Shown: positions 39,312 through 48,264 of the stretch, piece after piece
Layout of the letters: every line of letters begins with the position of its first letter
How positions within the stretch are numbered: the stretch's first letter is position 1
Sequence record: OR352955.1
Direction: 5' to 3' (one strand)
DNA length: 64,000 nucleotides
Source: Escherichia phage AV125
Translations under genes and position numbers: made by a program
The notes under the pieces: model-generated
The model's database searches: none
The model's input: only the letters and a program-made list of their open reading frames with translations
Told to the model about the DNA's origin: nothing

Positions 39312-39356
39312 TGAATGCTATCCTATCATAAAATGTTTAATATTGTCAAGCTTTAA

Positions 39357-39953
39357 TTACCAAGGAATATCATCTTCTTCTTCCGATTTGGTATCTACTT
39401 GAGGTGGACGTGGAACCTTAACCTCTTTAACAAAGCGAAGATATGGGAAACGCGTAGCGATTTTAATAACATGTTTGGCATCTTCTCTAACATCTTTGTG
39501 CAAGAAGCAGATCCCTGTTTCCAAAGTTGTTTCAAAATCTTTAGAGTAATAACAATCCTTTCCATCAAATGCAGCCTGGCAGATGGACAGATCAAACTCA
39601 TTCAGAAAGGTTGTCATTACATTTGGGTCCATAATCATAAGGTTGCAAAGCTGACCATCACGTTCAAATTCAAAAACGTGTTTAAGACCAGTAACACCCT
39701 CGTAGTTATCAGAAGCCTCTTTGTTTCCTAGTTTACGAATATTAGTTCCCATCAAAGCAGATGCAATCAAGTCTTGTATTTGCTCTTCTGATCGATGTGC
39801 AGGAAGAGACGTGTAAAAATCCAGATCACGTCCGGCAATATCAAGAATACGCCAATCACGAACAGCACCGCCAGCCAAGACAGAATTAGGATCAGCGATC
39901 TTTAATACGGTAAGAATTTCTTTGGCAATATTGATTTGTTTTGATTTAGTCAT
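39357..39953 (-). CDS. Pol-beta superfamily nucleotidyltransferase (CCA-adding/poly(A) polymerase head-like) with SSB-like C-terminal tip
   Basis: Motif LAGGAVRDWRILDIAGRDLDF matches the GGAVRD...D.D head-domain signature of class II CCA-adding enzymes; C-terminus ...SEEEDDIPW mimics the SSB tip. Confidence 0.45.
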   Translation of the reverse strand: MTKSKQINIAKEILTVLKIADPNSVLAGGAVRDWRILDIAGRDLDFYTSLPAHRSEEQIQDLIASALMGTNIRKLGNKEASDNYEGVTGLKHVFEFERDGQLCNLMIMDPNVMTTFLNEFDLSICQAAFDGKDCYYSKDFETTLETGICFLHKDVREDAKHVIKIATRFPYLRFVKEVKVPRPPQVDTKSEEEDDIPW

Positions 39954-40164
39954 TGATACGCTCCACAGTTACTTTAACAATATCGTCCATATTAATCTCA
40001 TCTCTCAAGACTTCAATAACACCTTTCTCATAAAGTCGAGCACATTCTTCCCATACTTCTGCTTCCGTCATTCCACCTTCAATCTTATTTGCAAGACCTT
40101 TAATAACATCTTCATTTTGTTCATCAATAAGAATTGAAACATTAAAGCTCACTAGTTTACGCAT
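39946..40164 (-). CDS. Hypothetical small protein
   Basis: 72-aa ORF with ATG and AAGGAG RBS; overlaps the downstream gene by 8 nt. Confidence 0.3.
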   Translation of the reverse strand: MRKLVSFNVSILIDEQNEDVIKGLANKIEGGMTEAEVWEECARLYEKGVIEVLRDEINMDDIVKVTVERIND

Positions 40165-40174
40165 TGTTTTCTCC

Positions 40175-40327
40175 TTATACCTCTAAACGGAAAGTTTCTT
40201 TAGATACAAAATCGTATCCACCTTTTTCAAGCCAGTCATTGTAAACCTCATCGGCTTGAGACTCTATCATAAAATACCGAGTGGTAATTTCGTCTCCGAC
40301 AATACGCACAATTTTATAGCAAATCAT
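40175..40327 (-). CDS. Hypothetical small protein (50 aa; not in ORF track)
   Basis: Manual translation MICYKIVRIVGDEITTRYFMIESQADEVYNDWLEKGGYDFVSKETFRLEV; fills an otherwise empty 160-nt gap in a tightly packed operon. Confidence 0.2.
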   Translation of the reverse strand: MICYKIVRIVGDEITTRYFMIESQADEVYNDWLEKGGYDFVSKETFRLEV

Positions 40328-40341
40328 GATACCATTTCCCA

Positions 40342-40533
40342 TTAATCTTCCTCCAGATCAATTTCATTATAGCAATGTATGCAGTAGCCATCGTTGTGCA
40401 TATGCTGTTCATAAGACATATCTTTACCACAAGACCAACAACGAATATCACCATCGTCCCATTCACGTTCTTCTTCGCCTTCAAATGCATCTGGTAGGTA
40501 AGGCATACCAAGACAATCTAAATCGTAATGCAT
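40342..40533 (-). CDS. Small zinc-ribbon-like protein
   Basis: Track ORF trimmed to the ATG at 40533 preceded by AGGAGG; the upstream part of the track ORF overlaps the polymerase 3' end and terminator. Cys pairs CWSCG...CIHC. Confidence 0.35.
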   Translation of the reverse strand: MHYDLDCLGMPYLPDAFEGEEEREWDDGDIRCWSCGKDMSYEQHMHNDGYCIHCYNEIDLEED

Positions 40534-40546
40534 ATCTCCTCCTATA

Positions 40547-40564
40547 AAGGGGCAGAAGCCCCTT
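40547..40564 (-). terminator. Terminator hairpin after DNA polymerase gene
   Basis: Perfect stem AAGGGGC / GCCCCTT with loop AGAA, between the polymerase stop and the next RBS. Confidence 0.45.
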
Positions 40565-40582
40565 ATAAAACAATATGTTAGA

Positions 40583-43500
40583 TCAATGACAGGATGCCCA
40601 GGAATTACCCACATCATATCCGGCAGTAAGCTGAACGTTAAGATTGTAAAATTCTCCAGCCTTAGTAACAGCTAAAGCAGCAAGTTCACCTGCCCGACTA
40701 TAGGCTGTAAACCATCCACCTTTGGGAGATTCATGAATGTTAGCCCAAATTTGCCCTGTCTCTTTTTCCTTATTATGCTTCCATTCTTCGACTTTAGCAA
40801 GACATTCTTTATCAATTTTCTTTTGTTCTTCAGGATCGTCTACTTTCTTCCAACCTAATGATTCAGGTGAAAACCATTTGAATTCTACAAGGTTACGAGA
40901 AACTTCAAGCTGGGCTTCATCGTGGTATGCAATCATTTGTTGCACGAAGTCTTTATTCTTCCAGTCATCTTTAAAGAAGTCAACACTTAGCCCTTCTTCT
41001 TCGATCATGTCGTCATAAATAACCATTGCACGTTTAGCACAGATAACCCCACCACTTTGGAACAGAGAGTTAAGAATCGCGTGAGCAGAACGAGTAGGAA
41101 CCTTACGACCGTCAATACCCAAAACATACTGTTTACCAGTCTTAACCCAGAAATCGTTTAAACGTTCTTTAAGACGCGCCAGTGGGAATGCAGCTTCCCA
41201 GAAAGCATCGAACACCAGTTGCCCTGTGTATTTATCGCTACCAATTGTTTTAGCAACCTTGTCTGCTTGTGCACCATAAGTGATCCCGTATTTAACAGAT
41301 TTCGCCGGACTACGTTCAAACTTACGCCCAATAGTATCTGTAATACGTTTTGCCATCATGGTATGAACATCGTTAGGCTTCTCTAACAAGAGAGCGTTAC
41401 AGTATTCATGAGGCTCCGGTTCGTAGCGCCAACAGTTTCCTGTGATGGTAATGCAGTCTTTCTGACGCATGACCCACGTACCAAGTTCTGTTTGTGGACA
41501 CCAAACATCCTCTACACCCCACTCTTCAATAGTCAAACTTTGAACAGGAATGTGAGAGCGGTTAGTCAATGTTGCCACTTTTACTTTCTGCTCTTTTGTA
41601 TTGAAAGCTACAGAGATATTGCCTCCATGCACCAGGTACGAGGCAGTTAAAGCTGCTTCAAAAAGTTCACCTGGGTTCTGCGCCCAACGCCAAACAGGTT
41701 TTTGTTTATGTTCATGCCAGTAACCATCTGCAATCAAGAAACCTTCCAAGAAAGCTACACGCTCGGCATGAGACATATTAACTACACGCTCTACCCACGG
41801 AACATCCCATTTACCTTGTTGAACAGAAGTTAAACTATTTACCTGATCTTGTTCCATGTTAAATGGAGCATTACAAATAATATTATCTCCTGTGCAAAGA
41901 TCGGCAGTTGTTCTGACTTTAGGCACATAAGTATTCCCTTTACTACGGGTATTAACATACCAACGGTGATCTGCTGTTGCACGGTAAGTGTGTGATTTCC
42001 CTTTAATCTCAAACGTCTTACTATTTTTATAGAAGACCTTACCTTTTACTTTAGTCCATTCTTTCATACCTGTTTCAGCATTGTACCCTAAAATCTCATC
42101 CCCTTCCTTCAGGTCGTGATATCCTACCCAACCTTTACGAGTCAAAGCTTGAGCATCCATCGGCACACAGTAATGCGACTCAATCTTTGCTTCCAAAGAG
42201 TCGAAGTCATAACCGATCTGGAAGTATTTAGGAACCTCTACACCAAACAAGTTACGCATCTCCCATCCAAACAAAGATGTGACACGAGGAATATTAGCTA
42301 CAGACCTATGCTTCATACGAGAGGTTGCAGCATCACATGTAGCTGCTGGGGTAGGAATACGACCATCCGCCCTTACTGCGGCTAAGAAACCTTTATCGTA
42401 TTCTTGATCTTCTTCGTCTTCTTCCCAATCGGCACCACCACCTAAAATAGAGTTCCTACGGTGTTTATACGTTAAGTATTCTACAATCTGTGTAGCATAA
42501 GGAAATTTCTCACCCAAAGCTTGCAGGTTAGGACAAATTTCTTTTTCCTGACCTTTGGTAAAACATGGGTTAGTCAATACTTTAAGACCGCGACCTTTAC
42601 CTTTTGCTATACGCTCTTGAATCTTCCTTTCCAAGGTTTCCGGTGTGCACTCCAGATGATCACAACGATCCTGACAAAAATTAGAAGATAGAGTTTGCTC
42701 AACGTAAGCTCGAATACCTTTCTGAAGTTCTTCCTCGCTCTTTTTAATCTTGGTGCCAGATTTAAGAGTCAAGTCTTTATCTTTATATTCAGACGGTACC
42801 CAACCTAACCCTACAAGCCAGTTTTTAATATGGGTTGTATCGTTCAATGTTGCAGGGATATTAGGATCACACAAAGGCTCATCTGCTGCAACTGGCAGTT
42901 TCCACTCTTTCCCCAACATAACTAACCACCAATCTCCATCCCTCTCTTCCAAATGACCATCATGTTTCTTAGCAAAATTGATCATATGGTTAGTTGGCTC
43001 TAAGTTCTTTTTAATTTGCAACTTAGGTGGAATAAAAGCCTTAAGATAGCCTTTTGTTGCTGGTTTAGGTGGCAAAATAGGCTCAACGAGTAAACGAAGA
43101 CGCTCCATTTCTGCATCCAAAAAAGCAAGGTTCTCTTCTGCTTGCTTCATGTTAAAAGCAAATCCACGGTGTTCCTGGCGTGTAATAATGTCTGCTACAC
43201 GTTGTTCAAGTTCAAATGGACCTTCCCATTTATCATAATCACCCCACTCTTCCATAAGGTAATTATATACGCTTGTATTAGCTTTGTTGTCATAGATACA
43301 GTAATAAAGCATATCCGCAGCAAAAGTCTTAAATCGATCTTCTTCTGGAATCTCTTTACGGAAATCTATTTTTACATCACCACCTGCTTTTCGAGAAAGT
43401 GCTGCCAAGCTATGTCCTGATTTGCCCTCAATCTTTCGATCTGGGTTTAACACTTTACTCAAAATCAAGGAGTCAATAAGTTTTACCTTATTTTTGCCCC

Positions 43501-43915
43501 ACGTATTATATTTAACACTGTAATCTAATCCATAAAACAGTTTTGTAGCCAACCAGTCGTAGTTGATACCGTTGTGAGCCACAGCCATTTCAACCAGATA
43601 TTCAGGCTTGTCTTCAAAATAACCTTCATGATTAATAAAGTCTGGGAAATCTTTTAGTTGAAAATGCGTGTAATCTTGCGCCACATACTCTTTAAGAACA
43701 TATGTGTATTTACCATCTGACTCTTCATAAGGACGCCCATCAAAGATGTATTTAGGGCCATCGTGGAAAGCTACTATTTCTCCTGTTTCATGGTTCTCTA
43801 AGACAATACAGTGCATTTGAAATGTGTCTTTGAGACGATAAGGACTAGCTAAATAATCAATAGTGTCATTATTCAACAATCCGTTTGCTTCAATATCCCA
43901 TGTAAACTTACTCAC
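40583..43915 (-). CDS. Family A DNA polymerase with 3'-5' exonuclease domain, interrupted by an intein-like insertion
   Basis: Exo I motif DIEANGL; polymerase motif A DFDSLEAKI, motif B RSPAKSVKYGITYG, motif C YHDEAQLEV; about 245 extra residues between motifs A and B; GTG start overlapping the upstream stop. Confidence 0.75.
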   Translation of the reverse strand: MSKFTWDIEANGLLNNDTIDYLASPYRLKDTFQMHCIVLENHETGEIVAFHDGPKYIFDGRPYEESDGKYTYVLKEYVAQDYTHFQLKDFPDFINHEGYFEDKPEYLVEMAVAHNGINYDWLATKLFYGLDYSVKYNTWGKNKVKLIDSLILSKVLNPDRKIEGKSGHSLAALSRKAGGDVKIDFRKEIPEEDRFKTFAADMLYYCIYDNKANTSVYNYLMEEWGDYDKWEGPFELEQRVADIITRQEHRGFAFNMKQAEENLAFLDAEMERLRLLVEPILPPKPATKGYLKAFIPPKLQIKKNLEPTNHMINFAKKHDGHLEERDGDWWLVMLGKEWKLPVAADEPLCDPNIPATLNDTTHIKNWLVGLGWVPSEYKDKDLTLKSGTKIKKSEEELQKGIRAYVEQTLSSNFCQDRCDHLECTPETLERKIQERIAKGKGRGLKVLTNPCFTKGQEKEICPNLQALGEKFPYATQIVEYLTYKHRRNSILGGGADWEEDEEDQEYDKGFLAAVRADGRIPTPAATCDAATSRMKHRSVANIPRVTSLFGWEMRNLFGVEVPKYFQIGYDFDSLEAKIESHYCVPMDAQALTRKGWVGYHDLKEGDEILGYNAETGMKEWTKVKGKVFYKNSKTFEIKGKSHTYRATADHRWYVNTRSKGNTYVPKVRTTADLCTGDNIICNAPFNMEQDQVNSLTSVQQGKWDVPWVERVVNMSHAERVAFLEGFLIADGYWHEHKQKPVWRWAQNPGELFEAALTASYLVHGGNISVAFNTKEQKVKVATLTNRSHIPVQSLTIEEWGVEDVWCPQTELGTWVMRQKDCITITGNCWRYEPEPHEYCNALLLEKPNDVHTMMAKRITDTIGRKFERSPAKSVKYGITYGAQADKVAKTIGSDKYTGQLVFDAFWEAAFPLARLKERLNDFWVKTGKQYVLGIDGRKVPTRSAHAILNSLFQSGGVICAKRAMVIYDDMIEEEGLSVDFFKDDWKNKDFVQQMIAYHDEAQLEVSRNLVEFKWFSPESLGWKKVDDPEEQKKIDKECLAKVEEWKHNKEKETGQIWANIHESPKGGWFTAYSRAGELAALAVTKAGEFYNLNVQLTAGYDVGNSWASCH
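41435..42169 (-). other. Intein-like insertion (Hint domain with a single LAGLIDADG-like motif) within the DNA polymerase
   Basis: Begins with Cys583 right after motif A (ESHY|CVPMDAQ); TxxH block (TADH); LAGLIDADG-like AFLEGFLIADGYW (nt 41723-41752); ends ...ITGN followed by Cys828 as +1 nucleophile. Other family A polymerases have about 30 residues here. Confidence 0.5.
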
Positions 43916-44709
43916 TATTCCTCCTTTCTAATGTTCTCCAGAACCCACTGAAGTTCTTTTAAACTTAAACTTCTTACTCCCGCAGTTTTACTAGCTTCAG
44001 CTTTAAGTAACGGGTAAGCCTCAATGATACGCGTTTTAAGATCAGAAGTCAAGGCTTTTAAAAAATAGGTAGATGCTTCAGATAAAGAATCTTCTTCTGA
44101 TAACACTTTACCTGCACTTGCTCCCGCTCTCCTAACGGCTATATCGTAGTCTTTACTGTTACCTAATACGAATAGTCGATTCTCTCCTAAAACAACGGGA
44201 GAACGCTTCTCGTTGCGTTTAATCCATATCTGGAATACACAAGGAACATCCCAAGGTTCTCCATGAAGAATAAAAGATCCTTTTGGACATTCTTCTTCGT
44301 AAAGAAGATGCATATGGGGATTTAGTTTGTGTGCAAAAAAGATTTTTTGAAATGTGCGAGGCAAGATAAAACAAATACCACCTTCGTTATCCAGCATTTC
44401 AGCACAATGGTTAAAGAATTTAATGGCAAGACTAGCATTTTTTCCAAATGGAGGATTACCGACAAAAGCAGTTACACTACCAACAGACTCAACAGATTGA
44501 GCTAAAAAATCTGCCTCAATACAATCTTCAAACTTAGGGTCAATATCAAAAGAAGTTATGTTTTTAAAACAAGAAGAGAAAGCTCCTTCTCCCGCAGATG
44601 GTTCTACGTAGTTAGCTTCCTCTCCAAAAATTTCTTTGATCTTATCACATAAGAACCCCGCATAAGCGGGGTTAGTGTAATATTGATCAAGTGTGTTCAA
44701 CTTGCTCAA
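43915..44709 (-). CDS. N6-adenine DNA methyltransferase (gamma-class motif order; orphan)
   Basis: Motifs DQYYTNPAYAGFL, EPSAGEGAF (AdoMet-binding) and VGNPPFGK (NPPF catalytic motif); no adjacent restriction endonuclease; stop overlaps the polymerase start. Confidence 0.5.
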   Translation of the reverse strand: MSKLNTLDQYYTNPAYAGFLCDKIKEIFGEEANYVEPSAGEGAFSSCFKNITSFDIDPKFEDCIEADFLAQSVESVGSVTAFVGNPPFGKNASLAIKFFNHCAEMLDNEGGICFILPRTFQKIFFAHKLNPHMHLLYEEECPKGSFILHGEPWDVPCVFQIWIKRNEKRSPVVLGENRLFVLGNSKDYDIAVRRAGASAGKVLSEEDSLSEASTYFLKALTSDLKTRIIEAYPLLKAEASKTAGVRSLSLKELQWVLENIRKEE

Positions 44710-44718
44710 TAGTCCTCC

Positions 44719-45150
44719 TTAGTTGTTAGCGAACTCAATAGTGAGGTCCACTTTACCATCATCAGAAATAACCATGTTTTTGGTATTTTTAAAGATGATA
44801 TCTACTTTACCTTCACTTACACGACAGAATGCAACACCATCTGCAACTTTATCAATATAATATTTGTAAGAAAGAATACCCACTTTACTACGACCAGCAC
44901 CTTTTGTGAAAGAAGGGCTTACATCGAAACGGAAACCTTTAGAAGAAACAACACGGTAAGAACGTCCAGTTGGAAGATGTTCAATAACAGAGACATTGTT
45001 CTCAACAACTTTTACAGCAAACTCTTCAGGATGATCCTCAACAATCATGTGTGGGATGGCAAACGCCAACGCTTGTTTGTGTTTAATAACACCAGCACCC
45101 AGAGCACCAGCAGCTTTAACTTTTGCATTCAGATCGATTGTCATACGCAT
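44719..45150 (-). CDS. Hypothetical protein (first gene of the promoter-proximal MTase/polymerase operon)
   Basis: 143-aa ORF with AGGAG RBS, downstream of a strong minus-strand promoter. Confidence 0.3.
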   Translation of the reverse strand: MRMTIDLNAKVKAAGALGAGVIKHKQALAFAIPHMIVEDHPEEFAVKVVENNVSVIEHLPTGRSYRVVSSKGFRFDVSPSFTKGAGRSKVGILSYKYYIDKVADGVAFCRVSEGKVDIIFKNTKNMVISDDGKVDLTIEFANN

Positions 45151-45184
45151 TTTTTACTTCTCCTCTTGTTTGGTTGATGAGACA

Positions 45185-45213
45185 AGTATAAGTCCCTTCC
45201 GTAAAGTTGTCAA
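45185..45213 (-). promoter_or_regulatory. sigma70-like promoter (TTGACA-17-TATACT) on minus strand
   Basis: Minus-strand -35 TTGACA (plus 45208-45213), 17-nt spacer, -10 TATACT (plus 45185-45190); between the primase-helicase terminator and the next gene. Confidence 0.55.
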
Positions 45214-45229
45214 CAGGTATTTTTAATAA

Positions 45230-45245
45230 AAGGGCCGAAGCCCTT
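45230..45245 (-). terminator. Terminator hairpin at 3' end of primase-helicase gene
   Basis: Stem AAGGGC / GCCCTT with loop CGAA, followed on the minus strand by TTATTAAAAAT; overlaps the stop codon. Confidence 0.4.
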
Positions 45246-47022
45246 AATAATTGCTATCCGTAGGCAAATTAGCAGGATTGTTGAAATACTGCTCTTTGTC
45301 ATGCAGAGTTGCAGTTCTAATGTCATAGTAAAACTGCCCTGCCGGACCAGTTTCCGAGAACTCACGGTTTTTTAGGATAAAGCAATGAGTCGTATTGCGT
45401 TCTACAGGGTCTTCAGCGGCTTTATCTCGTTCCAAAGCCAAGGTAATACCAGCACCTTTAGCCAAGAAACTACTACCCATTGCATCGTCCTCTGTTAAGT
45501 GTTCATTGCCACCATTAGCCGATTTCTTAACGTGTGAGATGACGATAATAGTTATAGCATACTCTTTCATGATGCGCTTCAACCATGTTGCTAACTCTTC
45601 CTGGGCTTGAACATCCATACCAGAAAGCAAATCAGAATAAGGGTCGATAACAAGAATTGTTACTCCAAAATAGATGATCATCTCCAAAACTTTTTCTTTG
45701 ATAGACTCCACATCTGCTCCACGATCATCACACACATAAAAACGTGGTGATCCATCTTCTCTTTCGTAAAAATCTAGGATTTTTTCTTTATTCTCTTCCA
45801 AGATTTGAAATTTCTCTTCCGGTGTTTTCCTGTGTAGAGGAATATGCAGGAACGAGGACAACAGGTTACGAGAATATTTCTTATAAGTTGCTTCCAAGGA
45901 CAGAATACCTAGGGTATGTTCTGGGTGCGCAACAATAATATGTTTGGTGATCTCGTTCACCATCAAAGTTTTACCGATACTGGTCTTTGCCAGGATGACT
46001 GTAATCTCTTCCTCTACTAAACCACCACCCAGCATATTTGCAGCAACACGCATAAAAGGAGGCAAGGTAATCATCTTGGATTCCAAGCATTCTAATGCAG
46101 CTTCATACAAGACATTAGAAGCATAAACACCTGCTGGGGTGTATAGACGAGCACTCCAAAAAGCTTTTACGAAATCTTTTGCACGACCTTCTTCCAGATA
46201 CTGATTGGCATCCTTAAGATCCATCTGCATACGGTAGACTTTGTTACGAGGCAGCACCTTAACAATATTTTCAAATGCCTCATTACCTGCTTTGTCATTA
46301 TCCATGCAAACAATAATCTTCTTAAATTTTTCAAAGAAAGGGTATTGTGCCTGAACTTGTTTATACATACTGGTTTCACCAGTTGTGCCACTAACTACTG
46401 CTGGAAGTTCATATTTGTTGTCCAAGTTTTCAGACAGCATTTGATAAGCTGCCAGAGCATCGTGTTCACCACCTGTAATTACCACAGTATGAGAACGGTC
46501 TGCAAAACGAATTTGTCCAAAAAGATCTACATCTTTACCTACTTGACCAATAGGTTTACTGAAATCTTTAGGATGAATACGACGCTTAAAACCAACCAAT
46601 TCTTTACCGATGGTAGTTGGATATAAACAACTTTCTACTACCATCTGATCCCCTTCCTGACGGTATTCATAACGAACACCATAGAAAGATGAAACTTTTT
46701 CTTTAATGCCTCGATAACCACGTGGGTTGGTTGATGTTTCTTGAACAATTTTACGATGAATCTGTTTATTAAATTCCGAACCCACAATCTCCTCCTCTTC
46801 TTCTAAAACTTCACCATTTTCTCGTAACCATTCTACGCTAGGAATAGTGTATTCACACGCAAAGCACTTAGCACCTTTATGCTCTCCATTAGAATCTAAT
46901 CCATAAACCATCAGGTTATTACGAGAGCGATCCTTGCCATTTTTCATGCAGCGCGGACAACCTGTATGTCCTTCCTTGCTAAGATCAACATCAAATCCAT
47001 ATTTAGTTATAATGTGCGACAC
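45244..47022 (-). CDS. Bifunctional DNA primase-helicase (T7 gp4-like)
   Basis: N-terminal zinc finger CPRC...CFAC; TOPRIM-like VVITGGEHDALAAY and VCMDNDKAGNEA; helicase Walker A KTSIGKT and Walker B ILVIDPYSD. Confidence 0.7.
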   Translation of the reverse strand: MSHIITKYGFDVDLSKEGHTGCPRCMKNGKDRSRNNLMVYGLDSNGEHKGAKCFACEYTIPSVEWLRENGEVLEEEEEIVGSEFNKQIHRKIVQETSTNPRGYRGIKEKVSSFYGVRYEYRQEGDQMVVESCLYPTTIGKELVGFKRRIHPKDFSKPIGQVGKDVDLFGQIRFADRSHTVVITGGEHDALAAYQMLSENLDNKYELPAVVSGTTGETSMYKQVQAQYPFFEKFKKIIVCMDNDKAGNEAFENIVKVLPRNKVYRMQMDLKDANQYLEEGRAKDFVKAFWSARLYTPAGVYASNVLYEAALECLESKMITLPPFMRVAANMLGGGLVEEEITVILAKTSIGKTLMVNEITKHIIVAHPEHTLGILSLEATYKKYSRNLLSSFLHIPLHRKTPEEKFQILEENKEKILDFYEREDGSPRFYVCDDRGADVESIKEKVLEMIIYFGVTILVIDPYSDLLSGMDVQAQEELATWLKRIMKEYAITIIVISHVKKSANGGNEHLTEDDAMGSSFLAKGAGITLALERDKAAEDPVERNTTHCFILKNREFSETGPAGQFYYDIRTATLHDKEQYFNNPANLPTDSNY

Positions 47023-47034
47023 TTTGTTCTCCTG

Positions 47035-47313
47035 TTAAAATGGTTCGTTAGTCTCCATCATATATTCTGCTTCTAGTTCTTCCATGTGCTTTCTAAATTG
47101 GAAAGCAATTTCTGCTACAGTTACATTTAAATCTTTTTCAAAAACTTCTGTAGATCCTTCATAAAAACGAATACCGTCAATTAAAAGCCCTCCGTGGTAA
47201 TCCCAATCGCTTTCACGAGAAAGTGGATTAGGTTCTTCATAATAGTAATCCACCTCCACGACCAAGGCTTTCCCGTTACGAGTGGTGTATTCAAAATCAA
47301 AAGTGTTAATCAT
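47035..47313 (-). CDS. Hypothetical protein
   Basis: 92-aa ORF, coupled to the upstream gene. Confidence 0.3.
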   Translation of the reverse strand: MINTFDFEYTTRNGKALVVEVDYYYEEPNPLSRESDWDYHGGLLIDGIRFYEGSTEVFEKDLNVTVAEIAFQFRKHMEELEAEYMMETNEPF

Positions 47314-48257
47314 TATAGCTCCTCAAATAAAAGTCTACGACGCTCATTCAACACATCAATGTGATAATGAGTCCTGACATACTTAGCTAATGCTAATCCT
47401 TTCTCCATGCAAACATCGGGAGCACTTGATAAGTATTCCGTAATATCTTTCCACTCGGAAGGTGTTTCAGCAAAGAATAACAAATCTTTAAACTCTTGTG
47501 TATGATAATTCTCACGAGGAGAGCAGATTAAAGGTAAACCCTTAGCACCTGCCTCAAGAATTTTAAGATTGCTTTTTGCATTATTAAACACGTTATCGAT
47601 CAATGGTGCAAGACTGATTTGATGACCATCGTAAGATTCCATGTAGTTGGCATATGGTCTTACACCTTCATAAACACAAGTTGGTGCTACATTTTCCCTG
47701 ATTAAAGACCATTCACGACTACTTAAAACTTCAGAATCCCTACGAAAACCACATATTGTAAGATCTTTACCAAAATCGGGCAAGATAGCCAAATCTTGTT
47801 TATGTGTTTCACTTCCAGCCCAGACTAATGGAGTTTTGGAGTAGCGATCACGGGTCAACACAAATTGACCTTCATCGTAAGGAAGTCCATTAGGGATTAT
47901 GTGCACATTATCATTGTATTGTGAAAGTTCAACTTGCAAGGCAGGTGTCGTAGTTGTAACAAGATCACTGTGCTCTAAAAACCATTTTAAATGTTCACGA
48001 ATACCTGATTCAAAAATACCTTCTAACATGTGTCCTTTTGGAATAACTAAAGAGTCATCCAAATCCATAACCATTTTAAAGCCCAGGTTTTTAAGGGCTA
48101 AAAAGCCCTCTTTACCTTTTGTTGGCACTCCGTTAAAAACGAAAACGTTGTGTTTAGGTTGTGAAGAGAACTGCCTTGAGTAAGGCAGCACTACCCTATG
48201 GAAATCGCAGACACTATAATTGATTCCGTTACGATTGTCAAGAATTATTTGTCCCAT
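47313..48257 (-). CDS. Glycosyltransferase (GT-B fold-like), paralog 1
   Basis: C-terminal motif KSNLKILEAGAKGLPLICS typical of GT-B donor-binding domains; paralogous to the adjacent gene. Confidence 0.45.
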   Translation of the reverse strand: MGQIILDNRNGINYSVCDFHRVVLPYSRQFSSQPKHNVFVFNGVPTKGKEGFLALKNLGFKMVMDLDDSLVIPKGHMLEGIFESGIREHLKWFLEHSDLVTTTTPALQVELSQYNDNVHIIPNGLPYDEGQFVLTRDRYSKTPLVWAGSETHKQDLAILPDFGKDLTICGFRRDSEVLSSREWSLIRENVAPTCVYEGVRPYANYMESYDGHQISLAPLIDNVFNNAKSNLKILEAGAKGLPLICSPRENYHTQEFKDLLFFAETPSEWKDITEYLSSAPDVCMEKGLALAKYVRTHYHIDVLNERRRLLFEEL

Positions 48258-48264
48258 ACTTCAC

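Noticed and set aside
39321-39349. Possible minus-strand promoter (TTGACA) upstream of the 38919-39311 gene
   Set aside because: The -35 hexamer is perfect but the best -10 candidates have 13-nt spacing (TATGAT) or poor match (TAGGAT at 18 nt); too weak to call.
45395-46626. Several 60-93-aa plus-strand ORFs inside the primase-helicase gene
   Set aside because: All lie antisense to a gene with clear zinc finger, TOPRIM and Walker motifs; judged to be spurious.
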